From a virus, in the IMG/VR virus record IMGVR_UViG_3300047557_001530, positions 64,001-128,000 of that record: a stretch of DNA of 64,000 nucleotides, one strand, 5' to 3'. Below, piece after piece: positions 19,248-30,119 of this stretch; the first letter of the stretch is position 1; each line of letters begins with the position of its first letter. The position numbers were made by a program, and so were the translations under genes. The notes beneath the pieces are model-generated. The model was not told where the DNA came from, made no database searches, and saw only the letters and a list, made by a program, of their open reading frames with translations.

Positions 19248-21739
19248 AATTTTACACCAGTGTTGAACAATCAGGAAATAATATTCTTGTACGTGGTTAT
19301 GATCATGGTAAAAGATTTCAAGACAAAGTGCAATTTGATCCAACACTGTTCCTTCCTTCTGCCAAAAAAGAAGAGTGGAAAACTCTTGACGGAAAGAATG
19401 TTCGCCCCGTGAAACAGGGCAGCATCCGTGATGCAAAGCAGTTTATTGAAGACCATAAAGATATTGATGACTTCAAGATCTATGGTCAGACTCGTTTTTT
19501 AAATCAGTATATTTTTCAAGAATATCCTGATGAAGAAATGAAATACGACACCAGCAAGATCCGTGTATTCACTTTGGACATTGAGACTGGTGCCGAGAAT
19601 GGATTCCCTGATATTGAATCTGCTGACCAAGAGATTCTTTTGATCAGCATTAAAGACAGTGAAATGAAAAAGATTACTGTCTTTGGTTCTCGTCCTTATG
19701 ATAATGATGACAAAGAAGTTAACTATCTTCACTTTGAAACTGAAATTGGTTTGCTTAAAGGATTCCTTCACTGGTGGATGGAAAACTATCCTGATGTAAT
19801 TACTGGATGGAACATTCAGTTGTTTGACATCCCATACATCTATCGTAGGATTGAACGTATGGTTGGCGAAGCTGAAGCTCGTCTTCTCTCGCCATGGAAA
19901 AACACAATGGCTCGTGAGATTTTTATCAAAGGTCGTAAGAACTTTGCTTATGATTTAATGGGCATTGCCACGTTGGATTATCTTGAACTATACAAAAAAT
20001 TTACTTATACTAATCAAGAGTCGTATCGCCTGGACCACATTGCTTTCGTGGAGCTGGATGAAAAGAAACTTGATCACTCTGAGTTTGATACTTTCAAAGA
20101 GTTCTATACAAAAGATTGGGACAAGTTTGTAAAATACAACATTCATGACGTTCGCCTGGTAGATCGTCTTGATGATAAAATGAAACTACTTGAACTGGCA
20201 TTCACTATGGCATACGATGCTAAGGTGAATTTTGAGGATGTGTATTCTCAAGTTCGTATGTGGGACAACATCATTTACGTGTACTTGGCTAGACAAAAAA
20301 TTACCATACCACCAAAGAAAGAAAGCAGTAAAGATAATAAGTATGCTGGGGCTTATGTAAAAGAGCCAGTCCCAGGAATGTATGATTGGGTTGTTAACTT
20401 CGACTTGAATAGTCTGTATCCACATCTTATCATGCAGTACAATCTTTCCCCAGAAACTCTTTTGGGCGAAAGACATCCACAGGCTAATGTAGATAGATTG
20501 TTAAAACAGGAGATTGATCTAAGTGACTTGTCTGGAAAAACTCTCTGTGCTAATGGCACTTTTTATACAACTGAGTATCAAGGATTCCTGCCAAAGCTCA
20601 TGGAAAAGATCTATGAGGAACGTACTATCTACAAAAAGAAAATGCTGGCTGCAAAGCAGGAGTACGAAAATAATCCAACGGTTGAATTGAAGAAAGAGAT
20701 TGCCCGATGCAATAATATTCAGATGGCACGAAAGATTCAACTCAACTCTGCCTATGGTGCTATTGGTAACGAGCACTTCCGTTATTACAAACTTGAAATC
20801 GCTGAGGCAATCACTCTTTCAGGGCAGCTATCTATTCGCTGGATTGAGAAGAAGATGAATGCTTATCTCAATAAAGTTCTAAAGACAAAGGATGTTGATT
20901 ATGTTATTGCTTGCGATACTGATTCTATGTATTTGTGCTTGGACGGCTTGGTTCAAACTGTATACAAGGGGCGAGAGGTTACTAATGAAAAAATTGTTGG
21001 GTTCCTTGATAAGGTCTGTCAGGTGGAACTTGAGCCTTTTATTGAAAGTTCTTACCAAGAATTGGCCCAGTACGTAAATGCTTATGCCCAGATGATGAAG
21101 ATGAAGCGAGAGAACATTGCCAATCGTGGATTCTGGACTGCCAAAAAACGTTATGTTCTTAACGTCTGGGATAGTGAAGGTGTGCGATATGCCAAACCGA
21201 AGATGAAAATCTGTGGTATGGAAACCGCTAGGTCTTCCACTCCAGCATACTTCCGAGACAAATTGTACAAAGCGTACACAATTATTATCAATCAAACTAA
21301 TGATGATATAATTGATTTCATTGAACAGATTAAAGAAGATACTCGGAAACAAAACTATCTTGATATCGCTTTCCCAAGAGGTTGCAATGGATTACAAAAA
21401 TATGGATCTAAAGGATCGATTTATAGAGAGAGGACGCCTATTCAGGTCAGAGGTGCATTATTGTATAATCACTATGTACGGAGTAATAACCTTACTCATA
21501 AGTACCCTCTTATCCAAGAAGGAGAGAAGATCAAGTTTCTCTACCTCAAGATGCCAAACCCCATCCAAGAAAATGTGATCTCATTTTTTAGTACTTTGCC
21601 TGTCGAGTTCAACCTTGACAAGTATGTTGACTATCGAACACAATTTGAAAAGTCATTTTACGAACCGCTGAAAAATGTGCTAGAATGTATTGGATGGAAT
21701 GCTGAGCGAAAGATCTCGCTCATGAGTTTTTTTAGTTAG
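19244..21739 (+). CDS. g43: Family B DNA polymerase gp43
   Basis: DIET exonuclease motif, [26 protein letters not shown]; uninterrupted. Confidence 0.99.
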   Translation: MKFYTSVEQSGNNILVRGYDHGKRFQDKVQFDPTLFLPSAKKEEWKTLDGKNVRPVKQGSIRDAKQFIEDHKDIDDFKIYGQTRFLNQYIFQEYPDEEMKYDTSKIRVFTLDIETGAENGFPDIESADQEILLISIKDSEMKKITVFGSRPYDNDDKEVNYLHFETEIGLLKGFLHWWMENYPDVITGWNIQLFDIPYIYRRIERMVGEAEARLLSPWKNTMAREIFIKGRKNFAYDLMGIATLDYLELYKKFTYTNQESYRLDHIAFVELDEKKLDHSEFDTFKEFYTKDWDKFVKYNIHDVRLVDRLDDKMKLLELAFTMAYDAKVNFEDVYSQVRMWDNIIYVYLARQKITIPPKKESSKDNKYAGAYVKEPVPGMYDWVVNFDLNSLYPHLIMQYNLSPETLLGERHPQANVDRLLKQEIDLSDLSGKTLCANGTFYTTEYQGFLPKLMEKIYEERTIYKKKMLAAKQEYENNPTVELKKEIARCNNIQMARKIQLNSAYGAIGNEHFRYYKLEIAEAITLSGQLSIRWIEKKMNAYLNKVLKTKDVDYVIACDTDSMYLCLDGLVQTVYKGREVTNEKIVGFLDKVCQVELEPFIESSYQELAQYVNAYAQMMKMKRENIANRGFWTAKKRYVLNVWDSEGVRYAKPKMKICGMETARSSTPAYFRDKLYKAYTIIINQTNDDIIDFIEQIKEDTRKQNYLDIAFPRGCNGLQKYGSKGSIYRERTPIQVRGALLYNHYVRSNNLTHKYPLIQEGEKIKFLYLKMPNPIQENVISFFSTLPVEFNLDKYVDYRTQFEKSFYEPLKNVLECIGWNAERKISLMSFFS

Positions 21740-21746
21740 GAGATTT

Positions 21747-22778
21747 ATGGATTTTTTACAACAAGTAATTAAAGATAGCAAAAATGAATTTGCATCACTC
21801 GCTGCTGATGGTATCGCTGCTGGCGATATTGAATCTTTCGTTGATACTGGTAGCTACGTTTTTAACGCCTTGGTTTCTGGATCGTTGTTTGGAGGCATTC
21901 CCTCAAATAAGATCACGGCTATTGCTGGAGAATCGGGAACAGGTAAGACATTCTTTTGCCTTAGTGTCGTTCGCAATTTCCTTAATACCAACCCTGATGC
22001 TGGTGTTATATATTTTGAAACTGAATCTGCTATTAGCAAAAATATGATTGAGAGCAGGGGAATTGATTCCAAACGTATGGTAATTTTTCCCGTAGATACA
22101 ATTGAAGAGTTTCGTACCCAGGCTGTACGTATTATCGATAAATACATGGAACAACCAAAAGAGGAGCGTAAGCCCCTCATGTTTGTTCTTGATTCCCTTG
22201 GGATGCTTGCAACTAACAAAGAAGTCGAGGATGCTTCCAACGACAAGAATGTTCGTGACATGACCAAGGCACAGCTAGTCAAATCAGTGTTTAGAATTCT
22301 TACGCTGAAACTTGGCAAAGCAAACATTCCAATGTTAGTTACTAATCATACCTATGACGTTGTTGGCTCGTATGTTCCTACTAAGGAAATGGGTGGGGGC
22401 AGTGGTCTTAAGTATTCTGCTAGCACAATCATTTATCTCTCAAAGAAAAAAGAAAAAGATGGAACCGATCTCATCGGAAACATTATTAAATGTGAGGCGA
22501 AGAAGTCCCGTCTGACCCGTGAGGGGTCAAAGGTGGAGACTCGTCTATTCTTTGACGAGCGTGGCCTGGAGCGGCACTATGGGTTGCTAGAACTGGGAGA
22601 ACGTGCTAACATATGGAAGAACTCGGCTGGTCGCTATGAAATCAATGGTAAGAAAGTATATGGTAAGGAGATTCTACGAAACCCTGAGCAATACTTCACT
22701 GATGAGGTGATGGCAAAACTTGAGGAACAAGCAGCGATAGAATTTCTTTATGGAGTAAGTAATGACGGAGAAGATTGA
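21747..22778 (+). CDS. uvsX: RecA-like recombinase UvsX
   Basis: [29 protein letters not shown]. Confidence 0.96.
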   Translation: MDFLQQVIKDSKNEFASLAADGIAAGDIESFVDTGSYVFNALVSGSLFGGIPSNKITAIAGESGTGKTFFCLSVVRNFLNTNPDAGVIYFETESAISKNMIESRGIDSKRMVIFPVDTIEEFRTQAVRIIDKYMEQPKEERKPLMFVLDSLGMLATNKEVEDASNDKNVRDMTKAQLVKSVFRILTLKLGKANIPMLVTNHTYDVVGSYVPTKEMGGGSGLKYSASTIIYLSKKKEKDGTDLIGNIIKCEAKKSRLTREGSKVETRLFFDERGLERHYGLLELGERANIWKNSAGRYEINGKKVYGKEILRNPEQYFTDEVMAKLEEQAAIEFLYGVSNDGED

Positions 22779-24150
22779 ACAATCTATATTACGTAATCTG
22801 CTTTGTAATGAAGAGTATTACCGAAAGGTAGTGCCCTTCCTCAAAGCAGATTACTTTCAAGAGATTGATGATCGAATTATATTTGAGGAGATTCAAGACT
22901 TCTCTGTAAAGTACGATAAAATTCCAACCAAAGAAGTAGTAATTATCAATCTACAGAATAGAAATGACCTTACTGAAGAAGTTTACAAACAAAGTGTTAC
23001 GAAGATCAACCAGTTCACTACAGAATGGGTTGACAAAGATTGGCTTATTAACTCCACAGAAAAGTGGTGCAAAGACAGGGCCATTTACAACGCCCTACTC
23101 CAGTCAATCAAAATTGCTGACGGGGGAGATCAAAAAATATCAAGAGATGCAATCCCGACCATCCTTCAAGAGGCCCTGGCAGTATCGTTTGATGAATACA
23201 TTGGACACGACTACGTAGACAATGCTGAGCAAAGATATGATTACTATCATAAAGATGAAGCAAAGATTCCTTTTGATCTAGAGAAATTCAATCTCATTAC
23301 TAAAGGTGGTCTCCCCAATAAAACGCTTAACGTTGCTCTTGCTGGAACTGGCGTTGGCAAATCTTTGTTCATGTGTCACGTTGCTGCTGCCTGCCTTTCT
23401 CAAGGCAAGAATGTTTTATACATTACTCTTGAAATGGCAGAAGAAAAGATTGCTGAAAGGATTGACGCTAATCTATTGAATGTGAATATCAAAGATATTG
23501 GTTCTCTTCCTGAATCTATCTTTACTTCACGAGTCATGGAGATTGGCAGAAGAACACAAGGCAAACTTATCATTAAAGAATATCCAACAGCGTCTGCTCA
23601 TGCAGGACATTTTAAATCACTACTGAGCGATTTGAAATTGAAGAAAGATTTTAGTCCAGATATTATCTTTATTGACTATCTTAACATTTGTGCCTCAGCT
23701 AGATATAAAGGACATATTGTAAACTCTTACACGTATGTTAAAGCAATTGCTGAGGAACTTCGTGGTCTTGCTGTTGAGCACGACGTACCAGTTGTCAGTG
23801 CTACTCAGACTACTCGTTCTGGTTTCGGGAATTCTGACGTTGATCTTACCGACACTTCTGAATCCTTTGGTCTACCTGCTACAGCAGATTTTATGTTTGC
23901 TCTTATTGCTACTGAGGAGCTTGAACAGTCTGGGCGTATCATGGTTAAACAACTTAAAAACCGATACAACGATCCGACTTACTACAAGAGATTCACAGTG
24001 GGTATTGACAGAGCGAAGATGAAGCTGTATAATGTAGATGACTCTGACGGAGACATCACCAATGATGTCGAAGAAGAATCTTTTGAATCTTTTGAAGAAA
24101 CTTCTGTTAGACAAAATCGTTTTGATAAATTTTCTAAATTTGTAATTTAA
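22762..24150 (+). CDS. g41: Replicative helicase gp41
   Basis: [43 protein letters not shown]. Confidence 0.97.
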   Translation: MTEKIEQSILRNLLCNEEYYRKVVPFLKADYFQEIDDRIIFEEIQDFSVKYDKIPTKEVVIINLQNRNDLTEEVYKQSVTKINQFTTEWVDKDWLINSTEKWCKDRAIYNALLQSIKIADGGDQKISRDAIPTILQEALAVSFDEYIGHDYVDNAEQRYDYYHKDEAKIPFDLEKFNLITKGGLPNKTLNVALAGTGVGKSLFMCHVAAACLSQGKNVLYITLEMAEEKIAERIDANLLNVNIKDIGSLPESIFTSRVMEIGRRTQGKLIIKEYPTASAHAGHFKSLLSDLKLKKDFSPDIIFIDYLNICASARYKGHIVNSYTYVKAIAEELRGLAVEHDVPVVSATQTTRSGFGNSDVDLTDTSESFGLPATADFMFALIATEELEQSGRIMVKQLKNRYNDPTYYKRFTVGIDRAKMKLYNVDDSDGDITNDVEEESFESFEETSVRQNRFDKFSKFVI

Positions 24151-24153
24151 CTT

Positions 24154-24564
24154 ATGGCTGATACTATTGTGTTTAAGCGTTACGAGGAATTCGTGGATGC
24201 CGTTACCAGCGATGCTTCTAAAGATTTTTGTTCACTGGCTGATCGCCTTGTTGAGCTTGATTCTAAGGGTGCCAATATTGAACGACTGCTTACTGCTGGC
24301 GTTGGTATTAATGCTGAAGGTGGTGAATTCCTTGAGATCGTTAAGAAGATGGTGTTTCAGGGTAAACCTTGGAACGATGACAATCGGGAGCATCTTATTA
24401 TTGAACTCGGTGATATTATGTGGTATGTTGCTCAAGCAACTCAAGCTCTTGGAGTTTCTTTCAATGAAGTCATTGAACGTAATGTAAAGAAACTTGAAAA
24501 GCGTTATCCTGGCGGTAATTTTGACATCTATTATTCCGAACATCGTGCAGAAGATGATCGCTAA
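24154..24564 (+). CDS. mazG: MazG nucleotide pyrophosphohydrolase
   Basis: AEGGEFLEIVKK, ELGDIMWYVAQ, NVKKLEKRYP. Confidence 0.93.
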   Translation: MADTIVFKRYEEFVDAVTSDASKDFCSLADRLVELDSKGANIERLLTAGVGINAEGGEFLEIVKKMVFQGKPWNDDNREHLIIELGDIMWYVAQATQALGVSFNEVIERNVKKLEKRYPGGNFDIYYSEHRAEDDR

Positions 24565-24627
24565 ATAACCAAGATAGAGTTCAAGTCCCTGTTATATCCT
24601 TGAGGTATATCACACTTGAACCATCAT

Positions 24628-24714
24628 GGAGGGTCAAGCCGATAGGTGACGGCAGCTGTCTTGAAAACAGTCGAGGTGTTAAAGCCCTTAGGCGTTCGAT
24701 TCGCCTACCCTCCG
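24628..24714 (+). tRNA. tRNA-Ser(TGA)
   Basis: Acceptor GGAGGGT/ACCCTCC, anticodon loop CTTGAAA, long variable arm, GTTCGATTC T-loop. Confidence 0.93.
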
Positions 24715-24718
24715 CTTC

Positions 24719-24791
24719 GGGGAATTAGCTCAGTTGGTAGAGCATCGCCTTTGCAAGGCGGGTGTCAGGAGTTCAAGTCTCCTATTCTCCA
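24719..24791 (+). tRNA. tRNA-Ala(TGC)
   Basis: GGGGAAT/ATTCTCC acceptor with G3:U70, loop TTTGCAA, GTTCAAGTC. Confidence 0.95.
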
Positions 24792-24819
24792 TAAAAAATA
24801 AATAATAATAAAACCTTAA

Positions 24820-25032
24820 ATGAAAAGTTTTAAACAACTAAGACAAGAAGTAACTCAAGAGTTTTATCTTCAAAAAGAAATTTTTCAAGAAGGTGATTAT
24901 ATTATGAATGTTAATACTGGACAGAAAGGCAAAATTATTCGTCCAGGAGTTAATTATGTAATTGCTGTAACGGAAGATAATCAAATGTTTCGTGCTTGGG
25001 TAAAAGATATTCGTGAAGTAAACGTTTCCTAA
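24820..25032 (+). CDS. Small SH3-like protein resembling the C-terminal domain of cyanophage cytidyltransferase
   Basis: IFQEGDYIMNVNTGQKGKIIRPGVNYVIAVTEDNQMFRAWVKDI; resemblance recalled, not searched. Confidence 0.55.
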   Translation: MKSFKQLRQEVTQEFYLQKEIFQEGDYIMNVNTGQKGKIIRPGVNYVIAVTEDNQMFRAWVKDIREVNVS

Positions 25033-25069
25033 ACATAAATAAATTAAGGAAATCATATATACTTTACAA

Positions 25070-25981
25070 ATGGAACGACAAAGAGCAACGACCCAACTAG
25101 CACATTATGACGATTTTTCTAAAGCATTGATTGAGTCGTCAGTCAGATATCTTGGCGAAGAAGGAATTCCTTCATTGCAAAAGAAAGGTAATGAAGATGA
25201 TTTCTCAAAGAAAGATCCTAAAGCAAAAGCAGCTCCTGCTGACCCAGCAATCAATATTGCTGCTGGCACTGGCACAAAACAATCTCATGGTGCAGAGATT
25301 GAATATACTACAGTTCGTGCCAAGAACGTACAGCGTGAAGAAGTAGAAAAGGAAGACGAGAGTAAAGCTGAAGAAGAAAAAGAAAAGAAGATGAGCAAGA
25401 CTGCCAAGGAAAAGCATGAGAAGGCAGAAGACAAGAAAGAAAAGGAAATGAAGGAAACCTACGAGTTAGAACTGGATGGCAATACTTACATCTTTGAGAA
25501 AAAGATGGATGGTAAGGATGACAATGGTTTCACGTCATGTTGGAAAGGATACAAGAAAGTTGGCACCAAAATGAAGGGTGGCAAAGAAGTTAATAATTGT
25601 GTTAAAGCAGGTTATGAACCAATTGGTGAATTAGTGCTTGATGAAAAAGCCCCCGCTGGGGCTAAGTTTGAAAGAATGGTTAAACATATTAAGAAGAGCT
25701 ATTCTAAAGATGGTTTAACTGATAAAGAAAAGGGTATTGCTTACGCTACTGCATGGAAGCAAAAGAATAAAGAACAGAAAGAAGAGTTTGATTTAACTGA
25801 AAAGAAACTTGATGCAGTAGGAAAGGAAGATAAAGATATTGATAATGATGGTGATCATGATAAGTCAGATAAGTATCTTTTAAATCGTCGTAAAACAGTA
25901 GGTAAAATTCTTGCTGCCAAGAAAAAAGTTAATGAAATGATTGCTTGGGAACAGGAGATTATCGCTGAAAAAAAGAACTGA
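25070..25981 (+). CDS. K/E-rich putative internal head protein; probable -1 frameshift extension to 26130
   Basis: Late promoter upstream; modules CWKGYKKVGTKMKGGKEVNNCVK and LDAVGKEDKDIDNDGD separated by hydrophobic-x-E sites. Confidence 0.7.
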   Translation: MERQRATTQLAHYDDFSKALIESSVRYLGEEGIPSLQKKGNEDDFSKKDPKAKAAPADPAINIAAGTGTKQSHGAEIEYTTVRAKNVQREEVEKEDESKAEEEKEKKMSKTAKEKHEKAEDKKEKEMKETYELELDGNTYIFEKKMDGKDDNGFTSCWKGYKKVGTKMKGGKEVNNCVKAGYEPIGELVLDEKAPAGAKFERMVKHIKKSYSKDGLTDKEKGIAYATAWKQKNKEQKEEFDLTEKKLDAVGKEDKDIDNDGDHDKSDKYLLNRRKTVGKILAAKKKVNEMIAWEQEIIAEKKN

Positions 25982-26140
25982 AGGCATCCACTGTAGAAGT
26001 GATGCCTGAAATTCCAAATAGTCCTGAAGACGGAGAAAGCTCTAAGAAGAATAAAAAGTACATCGGTAGAGCAGTAAACACACAGAAAAAAGATAAGCTA
26101 AATATTACGGGGTCCCCTCGATCAATTTAGGAGCAAAATT

Positions 26141-26311
26141 ATGAAAGTATTTTTAGGCGTAGCACAAAAAGTTGTAGAGCATTTCATGGCTAGCCGTGAA
26201 GTCAAGGAGTTTGTTATTCATCTTCTTGAGCGTTATGCTGCAACAACCGACAATGATGTTGATAACATGGTTGTCGTAATGGTTAAGAAGGCTCTTCTTC
26301 GTGAAGAGTGA
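26141..26311 (+). CDS. Small hypothetical protein (56 aa)
   Basis: Manually read MKVFLGVAQKVVEHF...TTDNDVDN; AGGAG SD. Confidence 0.7.
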   Translation: MKVFLGVAQKVVEHFMASREVKEFVIHLLERYAATTDNDVDNMVVVMVKKALLREE

Positions 26312-26463
26312 TGGAATGTTTCTTAGGAAACATTTTAGCTGACATATTACTTTTACTTTTACTTGCCCTTTCCGAATGGATGGGGCACAATAAAAATATA
26401 AAAGAAAATAGTATCTACGATTGGATACATACTAAACTTAAAAAAATTGTAAGGGGAGACTAA
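26311..26463 (+). CDS. Small membrane protein (50 aa)
   Basis: MECFLGNILADILLLLLLALSEWMG...; TGATG coupling; terminator follows. Confidence 0.55.
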   Translation: MECFLGNILADILLLLLLALSEWMGHNKNIKENSIYDWIHTKLKKIVRGD

Positions 26464-26521
26464 CTCCCCTTTTTTTATAAATATGTTTTAGATAATAAAA
26501 GATAATTAAAAGAGGGAACCG

Positions 26522-27622
26522 ATGGCAATTCTCGGAAAATTAGATGCTAAAGCATTGGCTAATAATGTAGGTGTTGTTAATGGCGATGCTACTGTAACAT
26601 TAGCTTCAGGAAGCTTTTTCAACAAAGCAACAGCCAATTACATTGTAGCTGGCGATATTCTTTCACTAAGCGGTGTCCAGTATGTAGTAAAAGCAGTTAC
26701 TTCTGCAACTACTCTTGAATTACATAAAGCTTACGCTGGAAGCACTGCAACCATCACTGCAGCAAATGCTATTAGAAGAACTGCACCAAAGCAAGTTGCT
26801 CAATATGTTGTTGGTGGTGCTGATACAAATACAGGATCTCTTGTATTTTTAGACTCTGCTGAGGCACTATTAAATGAAAATAAAATTAGAGGTTTGACTG
26901 GCCCTGGTTGGTGGGTATATAAAACATATACTGATGCTTCTGGATCAACACGCCATAAGTCAGAGTGTATTGCCCCTCTTTATGTTAGTGCTGCTGTTGC
27001 TGGTGACTTTGCAGATAACCCTGCTGCTGACGTTGCTTCTGCTATTAGCATTTCTGTTCAACCTGCCAACCAATCAACAAGAACTCCTGCTGGTGCGTTC
27101 TTGACTGTAACTAGTGCGGGAACTGCTGCCACAGGAACAGGAACATATACAATTACTAATTCAACTGCTGGGGTAACTGTCACTAATGTTTCTGGTGGTG
27201 CTGCCCCAAGCGGAACATGGTCTGTTGGAGTTTCTAGAGCTGGTGGTGTATATACTGTAACAGTTAATTCTGGTGGTGCTGGATTTGCTGCTACTGACAC
27301 AATTTTAATTCCTGGAAGTGCATTGGGTGGTGTTGATACTACTAATGATCTTACAATTACTGTTGCTACTGTTGCTACCGCTGCAGCTACATTCTCTGTA
27401 ACTGCTTCCGCAACAACTGGTTCACTCATTTATCAGTGGCAGCGTAGAACAAGCAGCACCGCTAAGTGGACTAATGTTTCTGGTGCTACTAGCTCTTCGC
27501 TTGCTCTTACAGCACTCACCACAGCTTCTACTGGTTATCAGTATCGTGTTAAGCTCACATCTTCTGCTGGTGCCGAAGAAGTTCTTTCTAATGCTGCAAC
27601 CTTGACAGTAACTGCTGCATGA
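26522..27622 (+). CDS. Virion structural protein with C-terminal Ig-like domain (decoration/fibre)
   Basis: TATAAATA upstream; A/T/G/S-rich; YQWQ...GATSSSL...YQYRV...SNAATLTV Ig signature. Confidence 0.75.
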   Translation: MAILGKLDAKALANNVGVVNGDATVTLASGSFFNKATANYIVAGDILSLSGVQYVVKAVTSATTLELHKAYAGSTATITAANAIRRTAPKQVAQYVVGGADTNTGSLVFLDSAEALLNENKIRGLTGPGWWVYKTYTDASGSTRHKSECIAPLYVSAAVAGDFADNPAADVASAISISVQPANQSTRTPAGAFLTVTSAGTAATGTGTYTITNSTAGVTVTNVSGGAAPSGTWSVGVSRAGGVYTVTVNSGGAGFAATDTILIPGSALGGVDTTNDLTITVATVATAAATFSVTASATTGSLIYQWQRRTSSTAKWTNVSGATSSSLALTALTTASTGYQYRVKLTSSAGAEEVLSNAATLTVTAA

Positions 27623-27628
27623 TTTTAA

Positions 27629-27985
27629 ATGAAATTTGATGAATTGACCAAAGATAATTGGGTTATCTTTGCTATTAAACATTATGATAATCCTTCTTCA
27701 GTCACATACGAAGATTTTGAAGAGGATCTAAATCGTTTTAAGTATATCAAAAGATTGCTTAAAAGATATGAAATGACAGGTGAATTGAAAACTCATTTAA
27801 TTCTAAACCATATTATTTTAATGTATAATGTTTTTGATGATGCAGCTACTCCTTTATTATTTTTTAAAATTGAAGCTATATACTGGCCTATTTTGAAAGC
27901 ATTTTTGTTATTCCTAAATAGATTACCAGAGTCCCTTAATAAAAATGTTGATCAAGAATGTCTAAAACATTTGAACCTTCTATGA
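27629..27985 (+). CDS. Conserved T4-like hypothetical protein
   Basis: FAIKHYDNP, EDLNRFKYIKRLL, LILNHII. Confidence 0.8.
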   Translation: MKFDELTKDNWVIFAIKHYDNPSSVTYEDFEEDLNRFKYIKRLLKRYEMTGELKTHLILNHIILMYNVFDDAATPLLFFKIEAIYWPILKAFLLFLNRLPESLNKNVDQECLKHLNLL

Positions 27986-28683
27986 ATGAAATGATTAATT
28001 CTGCTGGTGATGGTAGCGGATTACAACTACCTCCATCATTTGTATTAGTCAATCCAAAACAACATAGAAAGTATAAGAAAAACAATAGTGAATATATTGA
28101 TGGTAGAACAAGGGGTGCAAAAAATTTACTCTCTCGCATTTCAAGGCGTAAAAAAATGAAAGAACAATTAGAATCAATTATTAGTGAGGCGGCTCCCTCC
28201 GAGACCGAGAGAGCCCAGAAACAAATTGCTCAACAGAAAAAGCTTACTCGTCAAAAAGATCTTCAAAAGAAGAGAGACGAAGCTAAGTCAAAGATGATGA
28301 GCAAAACTAAAGAAATGGATATCTTGATGAAGGCAAGATTATCAGACTTTAAAAAAAGAGCTTCTGAACAACAGAAGAAAGTATCATTGAAAAATTCTTA
28401 TGAAATGGAAGGCGAAACTATGAATGAAAATACTGCTCAATTAGATACTGTTGAAGTTGCACTTCAAGTTGCTACATCAGAATTGACTCACGGCGAAACT
28501 CAATTCGCAAAAATTCAATTTGAAGATGGATCAGTTCAAAATCTAGATAATTTTTCTGCTAAGAAAATTGCTGCTACTTACGCTTCTCTTTCACCAGAGA
28601 ATCAAGAACAATTCAGATATATGTTAAACAAGAGTGCTGCAACATATCAAAGTGCTCTTGATTTTGCAGTCCGCAATATCTGA
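27982..28683 (+). CDS. Hypothetical (putative virion/head) protein
   Basis: NSAGDGSGLQLPP, IDGRTRGAK, basic coiled coil. Confidence 0.7.
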   Translation: MNEMINSAGDGSGLQLPPSFVLVNPKQHRKYKKNNSEYIDGRTRGAKNLLSRISRRKKMKEQLESIISEAAPSETERAQKQIAQQKKLTRQKDLQKKRDEAKSKMMSKTKEMDILMKARLSDFKKRASEQQKKVSLKNSYEMEGETMNENTAQLDTVEVALQVATSELTHGETQFAKIQFEDGSVQNLDNFSAKKIAATYASLSPENQEQFRYMLNKSAATYQSALDFAVRNI

Positions 28684-28698
28684 TAGAGGATTAAGTAG

Positions 28699-29133
28699 AT
28701 GTTTAATAAAGATATCACAAGAGAGCTATCAAAATTAGATGTTTTAGAATCTAAATTAAACATCTACGAAACTCTATCAAGGGAAATGTTAGACAAGTTA
28801 GAAAACGCTGTAGATAAGATCTCAGAATCTAATCAACGAATTGCTAATATACTTGCTAAGCATGATGAACGTATTGATCAAAGTATTAAAACTGACGAGC
28901 TTCTCGTCAAAATGATTGATGAAGTTAAAAGTAAAAACACAGAAGAACATAAAGCAGTTATCAAAAGATTAGAAACAGTAGAATCTACTATCAACGATCT
29001 ATCTAAGTTCAAATGGCAGGCGGTTGCCCTTGTGGGGGCCGCCGTTTTGATTGCTGGGTTCGTCGTCCCGTTTGTTGACAATATGCTGGGGATGTCCTAT
29101 AATGGGAGGACTGAGCAAACCCAATCTAGATAA
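28699..29133 (+). CDS. Coiled-coil protein with C-terminal TM helix
   Basis: Heptad-rich body, then KWQAVALVGAAVLIAGFVVPF; contains TTGACA-N17-TATAAT (29075-29103) for g61. Confidence 0.7.
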   Translation: MFNKDITRELSKLDVLESKLNIYETLSREMLDKLENAVDKISESNQRIANILAKHDERIDQSIKTDELLVKMIDEVKSKNTEEHKAVIKRLETVESTINDLSKFKWQAVALVGAAVLIAGFVVPFVDNMLGMSYNGRTEQTQSR

Positions 29134-30119
29134 TGAGTTACATTGATGTCAAGTACATTGGTCTAGTATCCCCCCAACTTCAAAAATTTTCAAAGAAAAA
29201 AGATTCCCTCTACAATTTCCGATGCCCTTACTGTGGTGATAGTAAGAAGCATCAGAATAAAACTAGAGGGTATCTTTTTAAGGTAAAGAATGATTTTGTA
29301 TTTAAATGCCACAACTGTGGTGTGGGGAGAACCTTTACCAATTTCCTAAAAGATAACTGTGCCCATCTGCATAATCAGTATGTGATGGAACGTTATCGTG
29401 AAGGACTTACTGGTAAAAATACACAAACTAAAAATCCAGATTTCAATTTCAAGAAACCAGAATTCCAGAAGAGAAAAACAGGAATTGATCTGGAAAAGAT
29501 TTCAGAACTAAATATTACACACCCAGCTCGGGTGTACTTAGAAGAAAGAAAAATTAAAGATCTCGATTATTTTTATTACTGTCCCAAATTTAAAGAATGG
29601 ACGAACTCACAGCGACAAGTTTTCCCAAACTTAAAGCAAGATGGTCCTAGAATTATCATACCTCTCAGGGATAAAGATGGAAACATGTTTGGATATCAAG
29701 GTAGGTCAATGGCTCCCAAAGCCAAGATTAGATACATCACAATCATGTTAGATGATTCTAAGACCAAAATATTTGGGATGGACAGGGTAGACGAAGACAA
29801 ACCAATTTATGTTACCGAAGGACCATTTGATAGTATGTTCCTTTCTAATAGCATTGCTATGTGTGGTAGTGATGTCAACATTAACAATAAAAATTTGGTA
29901 TATGTTTTTGATAACGAACCTAGAAATAAAGAGATTGTATCCAAATATGATAAAGCAATTGACGATGGAGAACGGATAGTTATCTGGCCACAAACCATTG
30001 TTGAAAAAGATATCAATGACATGGTATTGGCTGGACATGACGTTCAAAGTGTGGTAGAATCAAACACCTACCAAGGCTTAGAAGCAAAACTTAAATTTAC
30101 AACCTGGAAGAAAGTATGA
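29133..30119 (+). CDS. g61: DNA primase gp61
   Basis: CPYCGDS...CHNC zinc finger, TEGPFDSMF, FDNEPRN, KDINDM TOPRIM motifs. Confidence 0.96.
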   Translation: MSYIDVKYIGLVSPQLQKFSKKKDSLYNFRCPYCGDSKKHQNKTRGYLFKVKNDFVFKCHNCGVGRTFTNFLKDNCAHLHNQYVMERYREGLTGKNTQTKNPDFNFKKPEFQKRKTGIDLEKISELNITHPARVYLEERKIKDLDYFYYCPKFKEWTNSQRQVFPNLKQDGPRIIIPLRDKDGNMFGYQGRSMAPKAKIRYITIMLDDSKTKIFGMDRVDEDKPIYVTEGPFDSMFLSNSIAMCGSDVNINNKNLVYVFDNEPRNKEIVSKYDKAIDDGERIVIWPQTIVEKDINDMVLAGHDVQSVVESNTYQGLEAKLKFTTWKKV

